A DNA stretch of 64,000 nt from an uncultured Actinomycetota bacterium (GCA_963718235.1 CAVQYR010000001.1:800001-864000), one strand, 5' to 3'. Positions 21,482 through 33,060 are shown, counted from the first letter of the stretch. Made by a program: numbers and translations. Notes: generated by a model from the letters alone, not told the origin.

Positions 21482-21930
21482 TTAGTCCAGGGTCGACCGA
21501 CAGGGGCGGGCCCGTAGCGCCGAGACGTAGTCGTCGGGGGCTCCGGCGGCCTCAGCAGCGTCGGCGGTGATGCCCAGGTAGCGAGCCGAGGGGAGTCCCC
21601 TTCGTACGCGTCGAGCACGTACAGCCAGGCCAGCGGGTCGCCGTCCAGGGTGTCGATGCGCACTCGGATCTTGCGGTACACGCCGAGGGCTCCCTCCCAG
21701 GAGTCCAGGGCGCTCTCGTCGGCGTCGGTGAGGTCGTAGAGGACGACGAAGACGCTGGACCCGGGGTCCTCCACGACGGTGGCCAGCGACCCCTCCCAGC
21801 CAAGGTCCTCACCGCCGAAGGTGAGCCGCCAGCCGGTCAGCCAGCCGGTGCCGGTCATGGGGGAGTGCGGAGCGCGCTGCTGCATCTGCCGCGGGTCCAT
21901 GTTGCTGCCGTACGCGGCATAGCGGGCCAT
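21482..21930 (-). CDS. gamma-glutamylcyclotransferase family protein (apparent frameshift in a G-run ~21598)
   Basis: YAAYGSNM motif. After YEG the conserved tail LPSARYLGITADAAEAAGAPDDYV continues in another frame to TAA 21482-21484. Usual position divergent from lpdA. Confidence 0.88.
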
Positions 21931-21964
21931 GACCGCTCAGCCTAGGGGCTCAGCCTGGCAGGTC

Positions 21965-22198
21965 TCACAGCCACCAGATGACCGCGCAGCCGATCGTGAT
22001 CAGCACAGCCACGACCGCGGCGACGACCATCACGACGCGCCCGGCCGGGTTGCCCGACCTCAGCACGCGGTAGCCGAGCAGGCCGGCCACCACCGACGGC
22101 GCCACCCACAACAGGTAGCTCGGGACGGTCACCAGGACCATCAGGCTCCCGGTGGACGACCGCGGCTGCTGGGTCGTGGTCTGCAGGGTGTCAGTCAT
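21965..22198 (-). CDS. small membrane protein (77 aa, two hydrophobic segments)
   Basis: MTDTLQTTTQQPRSSTGSLMVLVTVPSYLLWVAPSVVAGLLGY...VVMVVAAVVAVLITIGCAVIWWL, with a GAGGGAG RBS. Confidence 0.6.
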   Translation of the reverse strand: MTDTLQTTTQQPRSSTGSLMVLVTVPSYLLWVAPSVVAGLLGYRVLRSGNPAGRVVMVVAAVVAVLITIGCAVIWWL

Positions 22199-22300
22199 CT
22201 CCCTCACCCACTTCCTCTGACCGCTCCGTTCTCCGCTCGGGTTCCGGCTGCCCCCAGAGGCTTTGTGCTCCGGCCGGGAGGGCTGCGGAAGAATGGTCGG

Positions 22301-23950
22301 GTGACACGCATCGGGATCATCGGCGGCGGCCCTGGCGGATACGAGGCCGCGTTGGCCGCGGCGCAGCTCGGCGCAGAGGTGGTCCTCATCGACCGCGACG
22401 GTCTGGGCGGGTCGGCGGTGCTCACCGACTGTGTTCCGAGCAAGGCGCTGATCGCCGTCTCCGACGTGATGGACGAGGTCGAGGACTCCCGCTCGCTCGG
22501 TGTGGTGTTCGACTCGAGGGTCAGTGTCGACCTGGCCCGGCTCAACGCCCGGGTGCAGGCGCTCGCCGTCGCCCAGTCCGAGGACGTCGAGCGCCACCTG
22601 GCCGCCGACGGGGTGACCGTCGTGCACGGCACCGGACGCCTCGACGGGCCGCACCGGGTCCTGGCCGTCACCGACGGCGGCGAGCAGGGTTTCGACGTGG
22701 ACGCCGTGCTGGTCGCCACCGGTGCGCACCCGAGGGTGCTCGACGACGCCCCCCCGGACGGCGAGCGGATCCTGACCTGGACCCAGCTGTACCACCTGGC
22801 GGCCCTGCCGAAGCGACTGGTCGTGGTCGGGTCCGGCGTCACCGGCGCCGAGTTCGCCAACGCCTACGAGTCCCTCGGCAGTGACGTCGTCCTGGTGTCC
22901 TCGCGTGACCGGGTGCTGCCGGGCGAGGATGCCGATGCCGCGGAGGTGATCGAGGGCGTCTTCCGCCGCAGAGGCATGACGGTGCTCGCCCGCTCCCGGG
23001 CCGCGGCGGCCCGGCGCACCGACGACGGCGTCGTCGTCACCCTCACCGACGGACGCACGGTCGAGGGGTCGCACGCGCTGATGGCGGTCGGCTCGGTGCC
23101 CAACGTCGAGGGGCTGGGGCTGGACACCGCTGGGGTGCAGCTCGACGACCACGGGTGCATCCGGGTCGACCGGGTCTCCCGGACGACGGCACCGGGTGTG
23201 TACGCCGCCGGCGACGTGACCGGTGTGCTGATGCTCGCCTCGGTGGCGGCGATGCAGGGCCGGATCGCGATGCGCCACGCCCTCGGAGACGCGGTCTCCC
23301 CGCTGGACCTCGGGGTGGTCTCCAGCACGGTGTTCACCGACCCGGAGATCGCGACCGTCGGCTGGACCCAGCGGATGGTCGACGAGGGCTCGGTCCAGGC
23401 GGTGAGCGTGAAGCTGCCGCTGGCTCGCAACCCTCGGGCCAAGATGCAGGCGATCACCGACGGCTTCGTCAAGGTCTTCTGCCGGCCGGGCACCGGGACG
23501 GTCATGGGCGGGGTGGTCGTCGCCCCTCGGGCGAGCGAGCTGATCCATCCGCTGTCGCTGGCGGTGCGCCAGGGGCTGACCGCCGACCAGGTGGCCGACG
23601 CGTTCACCGTCTACCCGTCACTGTCCGGCTCGGTGGCCGAGGCGGCCCGCGAGCTTCGACCGCCCGCGACGGTTGACGCTCCAGCTGACCGCCGAGCTGA
23701 CCGCTACAGCGCCGGCAGGAACGCACCGTCCTGGGCGAGTCCGAGGGCGAGCTCGATGCCGCGGGCCAGGCGCAGCAGGCCCGCCTCGCTGCCGGCCGAC
23801 CCGACCAGGGCCAGGCCGACGGGCAGCCCGTGCACCAGGCCGATCGGCACGCTGAGCACCGGGTACCCGGCGACGGCCGGCGCCGCGGTGACTCGTCCGC
23901 CCGTCATGTGGTCGCCGTTCACGAGGTCGCTGAACCAGGCCGGGCCGTAG
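22301..23950 (+). CDS. lpdA: NAD(P)H-quinone dehydrogenase (LpdA-type flavoprotein disulfide reductase)
   Basis: IIGGGPGG, AVLTDCVPSK (single Cys, LpdA-type), VGSGVTGAE and FTVYPSLSGS motifs. Homology ends near 23660. The extension into the amidase is suspect. Confidence 0.9.
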   Translation: MTRIGIIGGGPGGYEAALAAAQLGAEVVLIDRDGLGGSAVLTDCVPSKALIAVSDVMDEVEDSRSLGVVFDSRVSVDLARLNARVQALAVAQSEDVERHLAADGVTVVHGTGRLDGPHRVLAVTDGGEQGFDVDAVLVATGAHPRVLDDAPPDGERILTWTQLYHLAALPKRLVVVGSGVTGAEFANAYESLGSDVVLVSSRDRVLPGEDADAAEVIEGVFRRRGMTVLARSRAAAARRTDDGVVVTLTDGRTVEGSHALMAVGSVPNVEGLGLDTAGVQLDDHGCIRVDRVSRTTAPGVYAAGDVTGVLMLASVAAMQGRIAMRHALGDAVSPLDLGVVSSTVFTDPEIATVGWTQRMVDEGSVQAVSVKLPLARNPRAKMQAITDGFVKVFCRPGTGTVMGGVVVAPRASELIHPLSLAVRQGLTADQVADAFTVYPSLSGSVAEAARELRPPATVDAPADRRADRYSAGRNAPSWASPRASSMPRARRSRPASLPADPTRARPTGSPCTRPIGTLSTGYPATAGAAVTRPPVMWSPFTRSLNQAGP

Positions 23951-25128
23951 GCGGGCGCCACGATCGCGTCGAGACCGTGCTCACCGATCACCGCGTCGAG
24001 GCCGTCGTCGCGGGTTGCGCGCAGCCCCCGTGCCCTGGCGGTCAGGTAGACCTCGTCGTCGAGGCCGCCGGTGGCCAGGGCCTGCTCGAAGAACTCCTGG
24101 CCGAACCAGGCCAGCTCGGTGCCCGCATGCGCGCGGTTGAACGCGACGAGGTCGTCGAGGGTGCGTGGGGCGCCGTCGGGTCGGGTCGACAGGTACGCGG
24201 CCAGGTCGTGCTTGAGCTCGTGCAGCAGCACGGTGAGCTCGTCGGCACCGGCGTCGTAGCTCGGCAGCGCGGGGACGTCGGCCGGGTCGACGAGCGTGGC
24301 GCCGTGACCGGCGATCACCTCCAGGGCGTGCTCTGCGAGGCCGTCGGTCGCCGGGTGGTCGCCGAACATGGCGCGGGAGACCCCGACCCGCAGCCCGCCC
24401 AGTGCGTCACCGGCCGACTCGGCGTGGGCTGCGTCGGCATACCTGGGGCCGCTGCCGGCGAGGACGTCGAGCAGGACCGCGACCTCGCGGACGGTGCGGG
24501 CCATCGGGCCGGGGGTGTCCTGGCTGTGCGAGATGGGCACGATGCCCTGCGCAGGAAGCAGCCCGACCGTCGGCTTCAGGCCGACGACCCCGTTGAGCGA
24601 GGCCGGGCACACGATGGAGCCATCGGTCTCGGTGCCCAGCGCCAGCGGCGCGAGACCGGCCGCGACGGCGGCGCCGGAGCCGGACGACGAGCCGCCGGCG
24701 CTGCGGGCGAGGTCCCACGGGTTGCGGGTGAGGCCACCGACCGCGCTCCAGCCGCTCGTCGAGTGCGGGCTGCGCAGGTTGGCCCACTCGCTCAGGTTGG
24801 CCTTGCCCAGGACGACCGCCCCTGCTTCGCGCAGCCGGTTCACGACCGGCGCGTCGGCGGTGGGCCGGTGCCCGACCAGGGCTAAGGACCCGGCAGTGGT
24901 GTCCTGGTCGACGGTGTCGATGTTGTCCTTCACGAGCACCGGGACGCCGTGCAGCGGGCCACGTACGTTGCCGTCTCGTTGCTCGGCGTCGCGCCGGATC
25001 GCCGTGGCCATCGCTTCGGGGTTGACCGCCAGCACCGCGTTGAGCTGCGGCCCGGCGGCATCGATCTCGCCGATCCGGTTGAGCAGGTGGTCGACCAGCT
25101 CGGCGCTGGACAGGTGGGGCGTGGTCAT
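23704..25128 (-). CDS. amidase (amidase signature family)
   Basis: [18 protein letters not shown] and [13 protein letters not shown] motifs. Confidence 0.93.
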   Translation of the reverse strand: MTTPHLSSAELVDHLLNRIGEIDAAGPQLNAVLAVNPEAMATAIRRDAEQRDGNVRGPLHGVPVLVKDNIDTVDQDTTAGSLALVGHRPTADAPVVNRLREAGAVVLGKANLSEWANLRSPHSTSGWSAVGGLTRNPWDLARSAGGSSSGSGAAVAAGLAPLALGTETDGSIVCPASLNGVVGLKPTVGLLPAQGIVPISHSQDTPGPMARTVREVAVLLDVLAGSGPRYADAAHAESAGDALGGLRVGVSRAMFGDHPATDGLAEHALEVIAGHGATLVDPADVPALPSYDAGADELTVLLHELKHDLAAYLSTRPDGAPRTLDDLVAFNRAHAGTELAWFGQEFFEQALATGGLDDEVYLTARARGLRATRDDGLDAVIGEHGLDAIVAPAYGPAWFSDLVNGDHMTGGRVTAAPAVAGYPVLSVPIGLVHGLPVGLALVGSAGSEAGLLRLARGIELALGLAQDGAFLPAL

Positions 25129-25158
25129 GGCCCCACCCTGGCACGAGAGGATGAGGTC

Positions 25159-26388
25159 ATGCGCGTCGTGGTGGTGGGAGCCGGCTTCGCCGGGTTGATG
25201 GCAGCGACCGACCTGCACGTGGCCGGGCACGACGTAGTGGTGCTCGAGGCTCGTGACCGGGTCGGCGGGCGGGTCTGGTCGCAGGAGCTCGTGCCCGGTG
25301 ATCCGCGCACGGTCGTCGAGCGCGGCGCAGAGTTCGTGCTCGACGGGTACGACGTCATGCGCGAGGTCCTGGGCGACCTCGGCCTTGGGCTCGCCGACAT
25401 GGGCATGTCGTACTACGAGCGGGAGCCCGTCGGCGGCTCACCGACGTCGCATGCGGCCATGGCCGACGTCGCGCGCCGCTTCTCGGCGGCGTCGGCTCTC
25501 GCCGCGCCTGGTACGTCGATCGCTGACGTCGTCGCCACGCTCGGCGCCGACCCGGCAGCGGCCGAGGCGTTCCTCTCCCGGATCTCGGTCACCAGCGGCG
25601 TCGACGCGCGCAACCTGTCCGCGGTCGGCGGCGAGGATGCCACGAGTGCCTTCGAGCGCAAGCCGTCGTGGCGGGTGGCCGGTGGCAACCAGCAGCTTGC
25701 GGTTGGTCTGGCCCGCAGGCTCGGCGACGCCGTGCACTTTGGCCGGCCGGTCCGCGCGATCCGCCATGACGACGCGTCGGTGACCGTGCGCACCGACCGC
25801 GACGAGGTCACTGGCGACGCCGTCATCGTCTGCGTGCCGATGGCGGTGCTGCGCGCAATGGACATCGCCCCGGTGCCCACCCCGGTTCGCGCTGCATGGG
25901 AGCGCGCCGGACTCGGGCACAACGCCAAGCTGCACGTGCCCGTGACCTCTCCAGTCCCCCCGCCGGCCGGTGCAGTGCAGAGCGTGCCCGAGCGGTTCTG
26001 GACCTGGACGGCCACCGATGCGACAGGGGAGGTCCAGCCCGTGCTGCACTCCTTCGGTGGCACGCAGGCGGGGCTGGAGACACTGGGGGTCGACGGGGGA
26101 CCGCAGGTGTGGGTCGAGCGGATGGCCGCGCTGCGCCCCGACCTCACCCTCGACGTCGAGCACGCGCTGCTCACCACCTGGAACGACGACCCGTGGGCGG
26201 GGGAGTCCTACTCGGCGACGACCCTCGACGTGGCCCCGGGGGACGACACCCTGGTCGCTGCGCCCTTCGGGAGGGTGCACGTCGCCGGAGAGCACACCGC
26301 CGGGGACTGGGCCGGGCTGATGGAGGGCGCCCTACGTTCCGGTCGCCGGGCCGCCGCCGCCGTCCACTCGGCCGTCGGCCCACGTTGA
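25159..26388 (+). CDS. flavin monoamine oxidase family protein
   Basis: [31 protein letters not shown] and [10 protein letters not shown] motifs. Confidence 0.9.
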   Translation: MRVVVVGAGFAGLMAATDLHVAGHDVVVLEARDRVGGRVWSQELVPGDPRTVVERGAEFVLDGYDVMREVLGDLGLGLADMGMSYYEREPVGGSPTSHAAMADVARRFSAASALAAPGTSIADVVATLGADPAAAEAFLSRISVTSGVDARNLSAVGGEDATSAFERKPSWRVAGGNQQLAVGLARRLGDAVHFGRPVRAIRHDDASVTVRTDRDEVTGDAVIVCVPMAVLRAMDIAPVPTPVRAAWERAGLGHNAKLHVPVTSPVPPPAGAVQSVPERFWTWTATDATGEVQPVLHSFGGTQAGLETLGVDGGPQVWVERMAALRPDLTLDVEHALLTTWNDDPWAGESYSATTLDVAPGDDTLVAAPFGRVHVAGEHTAGDWAGLMEGALRSGRRAAAAVHSAVGPR

Positions 26389-26440
26389 CCTGGCAGAAGA
26401 TGAGGGCTGAACAGGTCGAGGGTGCACATGATGTGCAGGG

Positions 26441-28198
26441 TCAACTTGTGATCTCGCAGATGACCGCGCCGCTGGCCAGCGTCTGACCCACCTCGGCCGC
26501 CAGGGCGGTGATGGTGCCGGCCTTGTGCGCGTTGAGCGGCTGCTCCATCTTCATCGCCTCGAGCACCACGATCATCTGTCCCGACTCGACCTGGTCACCC
26601 TCGGCCACGGCGAGCTTGACGATGGTTCCCTGCATGGGGCTGGTCAGTGCGTCGCCGGACGCCGCCGCGGAGGACTTGCGCTTGCCCGACCGCTTGGGTG
26701 CGGCTCGACCCGCCGGTGCCGACCCGGTCATCGACCCGATCCCGGCCGGGAGCACGACCTCCAGCCGCTTGCCACCCACCTCGACGGTGACCCGCTCGCG
26801 CGGCGCGGCCTCCGGTGTTTCGGCAGGGGCGCCCTGGTACGGCGCGATGGTGTTCTCGAACTGGGTCTCGATCCACCGGGTGTGGATCGAGAACGGCGTC
26901 GCGTCGTCGGTGGCGAAAGCGGGGTCGGCGACCACGGCGCGGTGGAACGGGATCACCGTGGGCATGCCGTCGATCTCGTACTCGGCCAGCGCGCGGCGTG
27001 AGCGTTCCAGCGCCTCCTTGCGGTCGCGGCCGGTCACGATGAGCTTGGCGATCAGCGAGTCGAACGCCTGCGGCACGGTGGCGCCGCTCTCGTAGCCGCC
27101 GTCGACGCGCACGCCGGGACCACCTGGTGTGCGCAGGTGCGTGATGGTCCCCGGTGCGGGCATGAAGCTGCGTCCGGCGTCCTCGGCGTTGATCCGGAAC
27201 TCGAAGGAGTGCCCGCGCAGGGGCGGGTCGTCGTAGCCGAGCATCTCGCCGTCGGCGATCCGGAACATCTCACGCACGAGGTCGACGCCGGAGACCTCCT
27301 CGGTGACCGGGTGCTCGACCTGCAGGCGGGTGTTGACCTCGAGGAACGAGATCGTGCCGTCCTGCCCGACCAGGAACTCACAGGTGCCGGCACCGGTGTA
27401 CCCGGCCTCGCGCAGGATCGCCTTGCTGGCCCGACGCAGCTCGGCCTCCTGGGCGTCGGACAGGTACGGCGCGGGGGCCTCCTCGACGAGCTTCTGGTTG
27501 CGCCGCTGCAGCGAGCAGTCGCGGGTCGAGACGACCACGACGTTGCCGTGCTGGTCGGCCAGGCACTGGGTCTCGACGTGGCGGGGCTGGTCGAGGAACC
27601 GTTCGACGAAGCACTCCCCGCGTCCGAAGGCGGTGACCGCCTCACGCACCGCGGAGTCGAACAGCTCGGGGATCTCGTCGAGGGATCGGGCCACCTTCAG
27701 GCCGCGACCGCCCCCGCCGTAGGCGGCCTTGATCGCGACCGGCAGGCCGTGCTCCTGGGCGAAGGTGACGACCTCGTCGGCGCCGGCCACCGGGTCGGAC
27801 GTACCCGGGACCAACGGGGCCCCGACCCGCTGGGCGATGTGCCGGGCCTGCACCTTGTCGCCGAGGGCGTCGATGGCGGCGGGTGGAGGCCCGATCCAGG
27901 TGATCCCGGCGTCGATGACCGCCTGGGCGAAGCCGGCGTTCTCGGCGAGGAACCCGTACCCGGGGTGGATCGCGTCGGCCCCGGAGCGTCGGGCGACGTC
28001 GAGGATCTTCGCGACGTCCAGGTAGGTCTGGGCAGGGGTGTCGCCGTCGAGGGCGTAGGCCTCGTCGGCCTCCCGCACGTGCAGCGCGTCCCGGTCGGCG
28101 TCGGCGTAGACGGCGACCGAGCCCAGCCCGGCGTCGCGCGCGGCGCGAGCGATCCGGACGGCGATCTCGCTCCGGTTGGCGATCAGGACCTTGCGCAC
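26441..28198 (-). CDS. accA: acetyl/propionyl-CoA carboxylase alpha subunit (biotin carboxylase + BCCP)
   Basis: [33 protein letters not shown] and the biotinylation motif EAMKM. Confidence 0.96.
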   Translation of the reverse strand: MRKVLIANRSEIAVRIARAARDAGLGSVAVYADADRDALHVREADEAYALDGDTPAQTYLDVAKILDVARRSGADAIHPGYGFLAENAGFAQAVIDAGITWIGPPPAAIDALGDKVQARHIAQRVGAPLVPGTSDPVAGADEVVTFAQEHGLPVAIKAAYGGGGRGLKVARSLDEIPELFDSAVREAVTAFGRGECFVERFLDQPRHVETQCLADQHGNVVVVSTRDCSLQRRNQKLVEEAPAPYLSDAQEAELRRASKAILREAGYTGAGTCEFLVGQDGTISFLEVNTRLQVEHPVTEEVSGVDLVREMFRIADGEMLGYDDPPLRGHSFEFRINAEDAGRSFMPAPGTITHLRTPGGPGVRVDGGYESGATVPQAFDSLIAKLIVTGRDRKEALERSRRALAEYEIDGMPTVIPFHRAVVADPAFATDDATPFSIHTRWIETQFENTIAPYQGAPAETPEAAPRERVTVEVGGKRLEVVLPAGIGSMTGSAPAGRAAPKRSGKRKSSAAASGDALTSPMQGTIVKLAVAEGDQVESGQMIVVLEAMKMEQPLNAHKAGTITALAAEVGQTLASGAVICEITS

Positions 28199-28287
28199 GA
28201 GCGGCTCCAGGAGATGGGCGGGCGCAGGTGAGTCTAGGGACGACCCGGTCCGGCAGGGGACACCCGGGCGGACCTGCTCCCGGTGAC

Positions 28288-28315
28288 TTGACGTCCGGGG
28301 GGACGTAAGTAAGGT
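28288..28315 (+). promoter_or_regulatory. housekeeping-type promoter (-35 TTGACG, -10 TAAGGT)
   Basis: TTGACG at 28288-28293, 16-nt spacer, TAAGGT at 28310-28315, upstream of an AAGGAG RBS. Confidence 0.6.
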
Positions 28316-28328
28316 ACGGCTTACCTAA
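28310..28328. promoter_or_regulatory. DtxR/IdeR iron box
   Basis: TAAGGTACGGCTTACCTAA matches the consensus TWAGGTWAGSCTWACCTWA at 18/19 positions and overlaps the -10. Confidence 0.85.
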
Positions 28329-28345
28329 CTTATCAAGGAGACTCC

Positions 28346-28717
28346 GTGATGCCCCGTTCCACGCCGGCTGCCTGCCTGGTTGCCTTGGCCGCTGCCGTGT
28401 CCTTGTCCGCCTGCTCCGGGGGTGACTCGCCCGTCGCCGCGGAACAGCTCTCCGTGACCTCGTCGGACGACGTGTGCACCGTCAACGACGACCGTGTGGC
28501 CGCCGGCCCGGTGACCCTGACCGTGGTCAACGAGGGGGACCAGGTCACCGAGGTCTACGTCTACGGGGAGGGTGACGCGATCATCGGCGAGAAGGAGGAC
28601 ATCACTCCCGGCTCGTCGGCGGACTTCACCGTCGAGCTGGAGGCCGGCCGCTACGAGATCGCCTGCAAGCCGGGGCAGACCGGCGACGGCATCCGGACCG
28701 AGCTCACCGTCGAGTAG
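28346..28717 (+). CDS. cupredoxin-domain lipoprotein (EfeO N-terminal-like), iron-regulated
   Basis: Signal peptide with lipobox [17 protein letters not shown] and YEIACKPG resemble the EfeO cupredoxin domain. No imelysin/M75 domain. Confidence 0.82.
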   Translation: MMPRSTPAACLVALAAAVSLSACSGGDSPVAAEQLSVTSSDDVCTVNDDRVAAGPVTLTVVNEGDQVTEVYVYGEGDAIIGEKEDITPGSSADFTVELEAGRYEIACKPGQTGDGIRTELTVE

Positions 28718-29351
28718 CCGCGCCCCACAGGTCGGTCACGGGGACGTCGAGCTCGGCGAGTAGAAGACGCAGCAGCGGCAGCGACAGCCCGAGCACCGTC
28801 CCGGGGTCGCCGTCGATGCCGTCGACGAACCAGCCGCCGAGCCGGTCGAGGGTGAACCCCCCGGCCACCCGCAGCGGCTCCCCGGTCGCGACGTAGGCGT
28901 GGATCTCCGCATCGGTCGGGCTGCCGAACCGCACCACCGCCGAGGCCAGCGCGGAGACCCGGCGGTGCTTCGCGGGGGTGTCGGTCAGCTGCACCAGGCA
29001 GTGCCCGGTGTGCAGCAGCCCCGACCGGCCGCGCATCGCCTGCCAACGGGCGACCGCGTCCGCCTCGTCGACCGGCTTCCCGAACGCCCGGCCGTCGAGC
29101 TCGAGCACCGAGTCGCAGCCGAGCACCAGGGTGGTCCGGCGGTGCGTCGGTTCGTCGTCGGACAGCGCCAGCTGGTCGGCCACGGCCTGGGCCTTGTGCT
29201 CGGCGAGGACCAGCGCGAGCTCGTCCGCAGGACCGGACACGGCGTCCTCGTCGACGCCGCTGACGACCACCTCGGGGTGGGCGCCGGCCGCCCGCAGCAG
29301 CGCCAGCCGGGCGGGCGACGCCGACGCGAGAACGAGCCGCACCGAGGACAC
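28704..29351 (-). CDS. maf: Maf-like nucleoside triphosphate pyrophosphatase
   Basis: [28 protein letters not shown] and VLGLSLP motifs. Usual position after the carboxylase epsilon gene. Confidence 0.9.
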   Translation of the reverse strand: MSSVRLVLASASPARLALLRAAGAHPEVVVSGVDEDAVSGPADELALVLAEHKAQAVADQLALSDDEPTHRRTTLVLGCDSVLELDGRAFGKPVDEADAVARWQAMRGRSGLLHTGHCLVQLTDTPAKHRRVSALASAVVRFGSPTDAEIHAYVATGEPLRVAGGFTLDRLGGWFVDGIDGDPGTVLGLSLPLLRLLLAELDVPVTDLWGAATRR

Positions 29352-29365
29352 GACGTCCGAGCCGC

Positions 29366-29575
29366 TCAGCGCGGCCAGGCGCTGGCGCGCCAGGCACCGG
29401 TGGCCGGTCGCAGGGGCGGTCGCACCAGCCGCCCACGAGACGCCCACACCGACTGTGGGCGCGGCGGGGTGCTGCGTTCGAACTCGGGGCCGCTGGCCGC
29501 GACGACGGCCACCAGGGCCGCCACCTCGGCGGCGGTCGGCTCGCCCTTGACGATGCGCAGCGCCGGGTCGCTCAC
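29366..29575 (-). CDS. acyl-CoA carboxylase epsilon subunit
   Basis: [20 protein letters not shown]...W...GAWRAS. GTGA overlap with the beta subunit stop. Confidence 0.85.
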   Translation of the reverse strand: MSDPALRIVKGEPTAAEVAALVAVVAASGPEFERSTPPRPQSVWASRGRLVRPPLRPATGAWRASAWPR

Positions 29576-31179
29576 AGCGGGATGTTCCCGTGCTTCTTGG
29601 GCGGGCGGCTGGCCCGTTTCGTGCGCAGCATCCGCAGCGCGCGCATGACCTGCTGCCGGGTGTGGGCCGGCTCGATGACGGCGTCGATGTAGCCGCGCTC
29701 GGCGGCGAGGTAGGGGTTGAGCAGGGCGTCCTCGTAGTCCTCGATCAGCCGGGCCCGCTCGGCGTCGACCGCGTCCCGCTCGGCCGCCTCGGCGAGCTCC
29801 TTGCGGTGCAGGATGTTCACCGCGCCCTGGGCCCCCATGACGGCGATCTGGGCCGTCGGCCAGGCCAGGTTGACGTCGGCCCCCAGGTGCTTGGAGCCCA
29901 TGACGTCGTAGGCCCCGCCGTAGGCCTTGCGGGTGATCACGGTGACCAGGGGGACGGTCGCCTCGGCGTAGGCGTAGATCAGCTTGGCGCCGCGCCGGAT
30001 GATGCCGTCCCACTCCTGGTCGGTCCCGGGCAGGAAGCCGGGGACATCGACGAAGGTGAGCACCGGCACGTTGAAGGCATCGCAGGTGCGCACGAAGCGC
30101 GCTGCCTTCTCCGACGCGGCGATGTCGAGGGTGCCGGCGAACTGCATCGGCTGGTTGGCCACCACCCCGACCGACCGCCCCTCGACCCGGCCGAAGCCGG
30201 TCAGGATGTTCGGCGCGTACAGCGGCTGGACCTCGAAGAAGTCACCGTCGTCGACCACCGCCTCGATCACGGTGTGCATGTCGTACGGGTGGTTGGCCGA
30301 GTCGGGGATCAGCGTGTCCAGCGCCTGGTCCTCGTCGGTGACGGCGTCGCTGACGTCGCTGGCGAACACCGGTGGGTCCTCGAGGTTGTTGCTCGGCAGG
30401 TACGACAGCAGCTGACGGGTCAGCTCGAGCGCATCGTTCTCGTCGGCGGCGGCGAAGTGGGCGACCCCGCTCTTGGCCTGGTGGCTCTGGGCGCCGCCCA
30501 GCTCCTCGAACTCGACGTCCTCACCGGTGACCGTCTTGATGACGTCGGGTCCGGTGATGAACATGTGCGAGGTCTTGTCGACCATGACGATGAAGTCGGT
30601 GATCGCGGGCGAGTAGACCGCACCGCCCGCGCACGGCCCCATGATCAGCGAGATCTGCGGGATCACCCCGGACGCCTGGACGTTGCGGTAGAAGATCTCG
30701 CCGTACTCGGCGAGCGAGGCCACGCCCTCCTGGATCCGGGCGCCGCCGGAGTCGTTGATCCCGACCAGGGGGGCGCCGGTCTTCAGGGCGAGGTCCATGA
30801 CCTTGACGATCTTCTCGCCGAACACCTCGCCCAGCGAGCCGCCGAAGACGGTGAAGTCCTGGGCGAAGACGAACACGAGTCGACCGTCGACGGTGCCGTG
30901 TCCGGTGATGACGCCGTCGCCGTACGGGCGCTTGTTCTGCAGCCCGAAGTTGTGGGTGCGGTGCCGGGCGAGGGCGTCCAGCTCGACGAAGGACCCGTCG
31001 TCGAGGAAGGCGTCGACCCGCTCGCGTGCGGTCATCTTGCCGCGCTTGTGCTGGGCCTCCACCGCACGGTCGGACCCGGCGTGGACGGCCTCGTCGACCT
31101 TGTGCTGCAGCTGGGCGAGCTTGCCCGCCGTCGTGTGCAGGTCGACTTCCTGCGGGGCGGGTACGGGCTCGGCGGCCAT
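29572..31179 (-). CDS. pccB: propionyl/acyl-CoA carboxylase beta subunit (AccD5/PccB-like)
   Basis: [35 protein letters not shown] and the C-terminal KKHGNIPL. Confidence 0.93.
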   Translation of the reverse strand: MAAEPVPAPQEVDLHTTAGKLAQLQHKVDEAVHAGSDRAVEAQHKRGKMTARERVDAFLDDGSFVELDALARHRTHNFGLQNKRPYGDGVITGHGTVDGRLVFVFAQDFTVFGGSLGEVFGEKIVKVMDLALKTGAPLVGINDSGGARIQEGVASLAEYGEIFYRNVQASGVIPQISLIMGPCAGGAVYSPAITDFIVMVDKTSHMFITGPDVIKTVTGEDVEFEELGGAQSHQAKSGVAHFAAADENDALELTRQLLSYLPSNNLEDPPVFASDVSDAVTDEDQALDTLIPDSANHPYDMHTVIEAVVDDGDFFEVQPLYAPNILTGFGRVEGRSVGVVANQPMQFAGTLDIAASEKAARFVRTCDAFNVPVLTFVDVPGFLPGTDQEWDGIIRRGAKLIYAYAEATVPLVTVITRKAYGGAYDVMGSKHLGADVNLAWPTAQIAVMGAQGAVNILHRKELAEAAERDAVDAERARLIEDYEDALLNPYLAAERGYIDAVIEPAHTRQQVMRALRMLRTKRASRPPKKHGNIPL

Positions 31180-31289
31180 CAGGTCCCTTTCGGCAGATCC
31201 CGGTCGGCTTCATCGGAGCGGGGCGTTCGTAGCCTAACGAGGGCGCCCGCGGGGCGCTGCGCCGAACGGTGCACACGCGGCCCTTGAGG

Positions 31290-31317
31290 TCAATGAGCTG
31301 GACCAGCCCGCCGATGG
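31290..31317 (+). promoter_or_regulatory. sigma-28 (FliA/WhiG)-like promoter TCAA-N16-GCCGATGG
   Basis: TCAA at 31290-31293 and GCCGAT at 31310-31315, upstream of the first GGDEF gene. Confidence 0.55.
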
Positions 31318-31348
31318 TCAGACGAAGGGTCGCATTCGGGGGGAGTCC

Positions 31349-32992
31349 ATGGAGCAGGCTCGGCGGGAAGGGCTGCCGGTCGCGGCTGACGACCGCGGCC
31401 TGGCCGGCTCCCGCCTGCGCGCACTCAGCGAGATCGGTCGGGTCGCCATGACGGCACCGGCGGACGACGTGCTCGAGCAGGTCCTGCGCCGAGCCCGGCT
31501 GGCCCTCGGCGGCGACTCGTCGTCGCTGGGGGTGTGGCGACCCGAGCGCCAGCTGCTGCACACACTGGTGAACGAGGGCGACCTGGCCGACTGGGAGCAG
31601 CCCCGGCCGACCGAGGAGACGTACCCGGCCGACCAGAGCACCTGGCTGGCGGGGATGCCGGACGGGCATCTCGGGCTGGTGATGAACCTGGACGACCCTG
31701 ACCTGGCGGCCGACGACCGTGAGTACCTCACCGCGCTGGGCAAGCAGTCGTCGATCAGCCTGCCGATCCTGCTCGCGGGTGAGTGGTGGGGCGAGCTGTT
31801 CTTCGCCCGCCGGGCTGACCAGGCGCCGTTCACCGATGCCGACCTCGACTGGGGCGCCGCGGTCGCCGCTCAGGTCGGCGCGGCACTCGAGGCCGTGGAG
31901 CACCTCGGACGGGTGGCCGACCTGGCCCGGACCGACCCGCTCACCGGCCTGGCCAACCGCCGGGCGGTGGACGAGTGGATGGACGAAGCCCTGGCCGCCT
32001 GGCGCGAGCGGGGGGTGGTCACCGGCCTCGTGGTCAGCGACCTGAACGGGCTGAAGAAGGTCAACGACGCCGACGGGCACGACGCCGGTGACCGCCTGCT
32101 CGTCGCCTTCGCCCGCCAGCTGGAGGGCGTGGCCGAGCAGTTCGGCGCCTCGCTCGTGGCCCGCCTGGGTGGCGACGAGTTCGCCCTGGGCTTCACGGGA
32201 GTCGACGCGGACAGCATCGTGGTCGCCGCTGAGCTGCTCTGCGAGCGCGGCTGGGACACCCTGCCCGAGGGCGTGGCGTGCGGTGTCGCGGTGACCGGGG
32301 GTGGCTCCGGACCGGTGGAGACCGCCTCGCGGCTCTTCCGGCTGGCCGACGCGAGCCAGTACCGGGCCAAGCGCACGAGCTCTCGCCGTCCGGTTGTGGC
32401 CGGACGCGCCCTGCCGCCGGACGCGGTGGTCCCCCTGCACGTCGGCGACGAGCTCGGGCGGGACCGCCGGCTGGTGCGGACCGGGGGCCGTCGGGACGCC
32501 GCGCACCTCATCGAGTCGGCGCTGCGGGCGCTGGACCAGGTCCGTGACGAGCCGGTCTGCTCGCGACTGACCCTGGTCGGGGACGTGGTCGCGCAGTCCG
32601 TCGACGCCGTGGGGTGGTGGCTGTCGATCCAGGCGAGGAAGCGGTCCTCGATCCAGACCGTGGAGTTCGCCCTGTACCGACAGCTTCCCGGGCTCACCGA
32701 GGAGGAGCTGCGGGCCGAGATCGGGGCCGTCTTCCCCGTGGAGAGCTACCCCCTGTCCGCGGTGGCCCTGGGCGGGCAGTCCTTCCTGGTCCGGGCGACC
32801 GACCCCACCGCCGACGCCGGTGAGCTGGCCGTGCTCGACGGGCTGTGTGCCTCGGCCGTGGTGGGTGCGGGCGGTCCGGACGACGACGGCGACCGGTGGC
32901 TCCTCGAGGTCTACACCGACGAGCTCAGCGGTTCGGTCCGCGACCTGCCGTCCCTGATGCGAGTGCTCGTGCTCGCGGCGCTGCACCCGTGA
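31349..32992 (+). CDS. GAF-GGDEF diguanylate cyclase with extra C-terminal domain (paralog 1)
   Basis: GAF region (LVNEG, WWGELFFAR), TDPLTGLANRR, DLNGLKKVND..GH..GD and ARLGGDEF. Confidence 0.92.
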   Translation: MEQARREGLPVAADDRGLAGSRLRALSEIGRVAMTAPADDVLEQVLRRARLALGGDSSSLGVWRPERQLLHTLVNEGDLADWEQPRPTEETYPADQSTWLAGMPDGHLGLVMNLDDPDLAADDREYLTALGKQSSISLPILLAGEWWGELFFARRADQAPFTDADLDWGAAVAAQVGAALEAVEHLGRVADLARTDPLTGLANRRAVDEWMDEALAAWRERGVVTGLVVSDLNGLKKVNDADGHDAGDRLLVAFARQLEGVAEQFGASLVARLGGDEFALGFTGVDADSIVVAAELLCERGWDTLPEGVACGVAVTGGGSGPVETASRLFRLADASQYRAKRTSSRRPVVAGRALPPDAVVPLHVGDELGRDRRLVRTGGRRDAAHLIESALRALDQVRDEPVCSRLTLVGDVVAQSVDAVGWWLSIQARKRSSIQTVEFALYRQLPGLTEEELRAEIGAVFPVESYPLSAVALGGQSFLVRATDPTADAGELAVLDGLCASAVVGAGGPDDDGDRWLLEVYTDELSGSVRDLPSLMRVLVLAALHP

Positions 32993-33025
32993 GCCCGGCC
33001 GCCGCGGCTCGGGCCGCCCTACACC

Positions 33026-33054
33026 TCAAGCCGTCGGCCCGAACGCGCCGATAA
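33026..33054 (+). promoter_or_regulatory. sigma-28 (FliA/WhiG)-like promoter TCAA-N17-GCCGATAA
   Basis: Perfect GCCGATAA at 33047-33054, 6 nt before ATG 33061. TCAA at 33026-33029. Confidence 0.65.
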
Positions 33055-33060
33055 GCGACC

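Noticed and set aside
23660-23950. lpdA C-terminal extension overlapping the amidase 3' end by ~250 nt
   Set aside because: The extension is the antisense read of amidase codons with no domain character. A missed stop or indel is more likely than a functional overlap.
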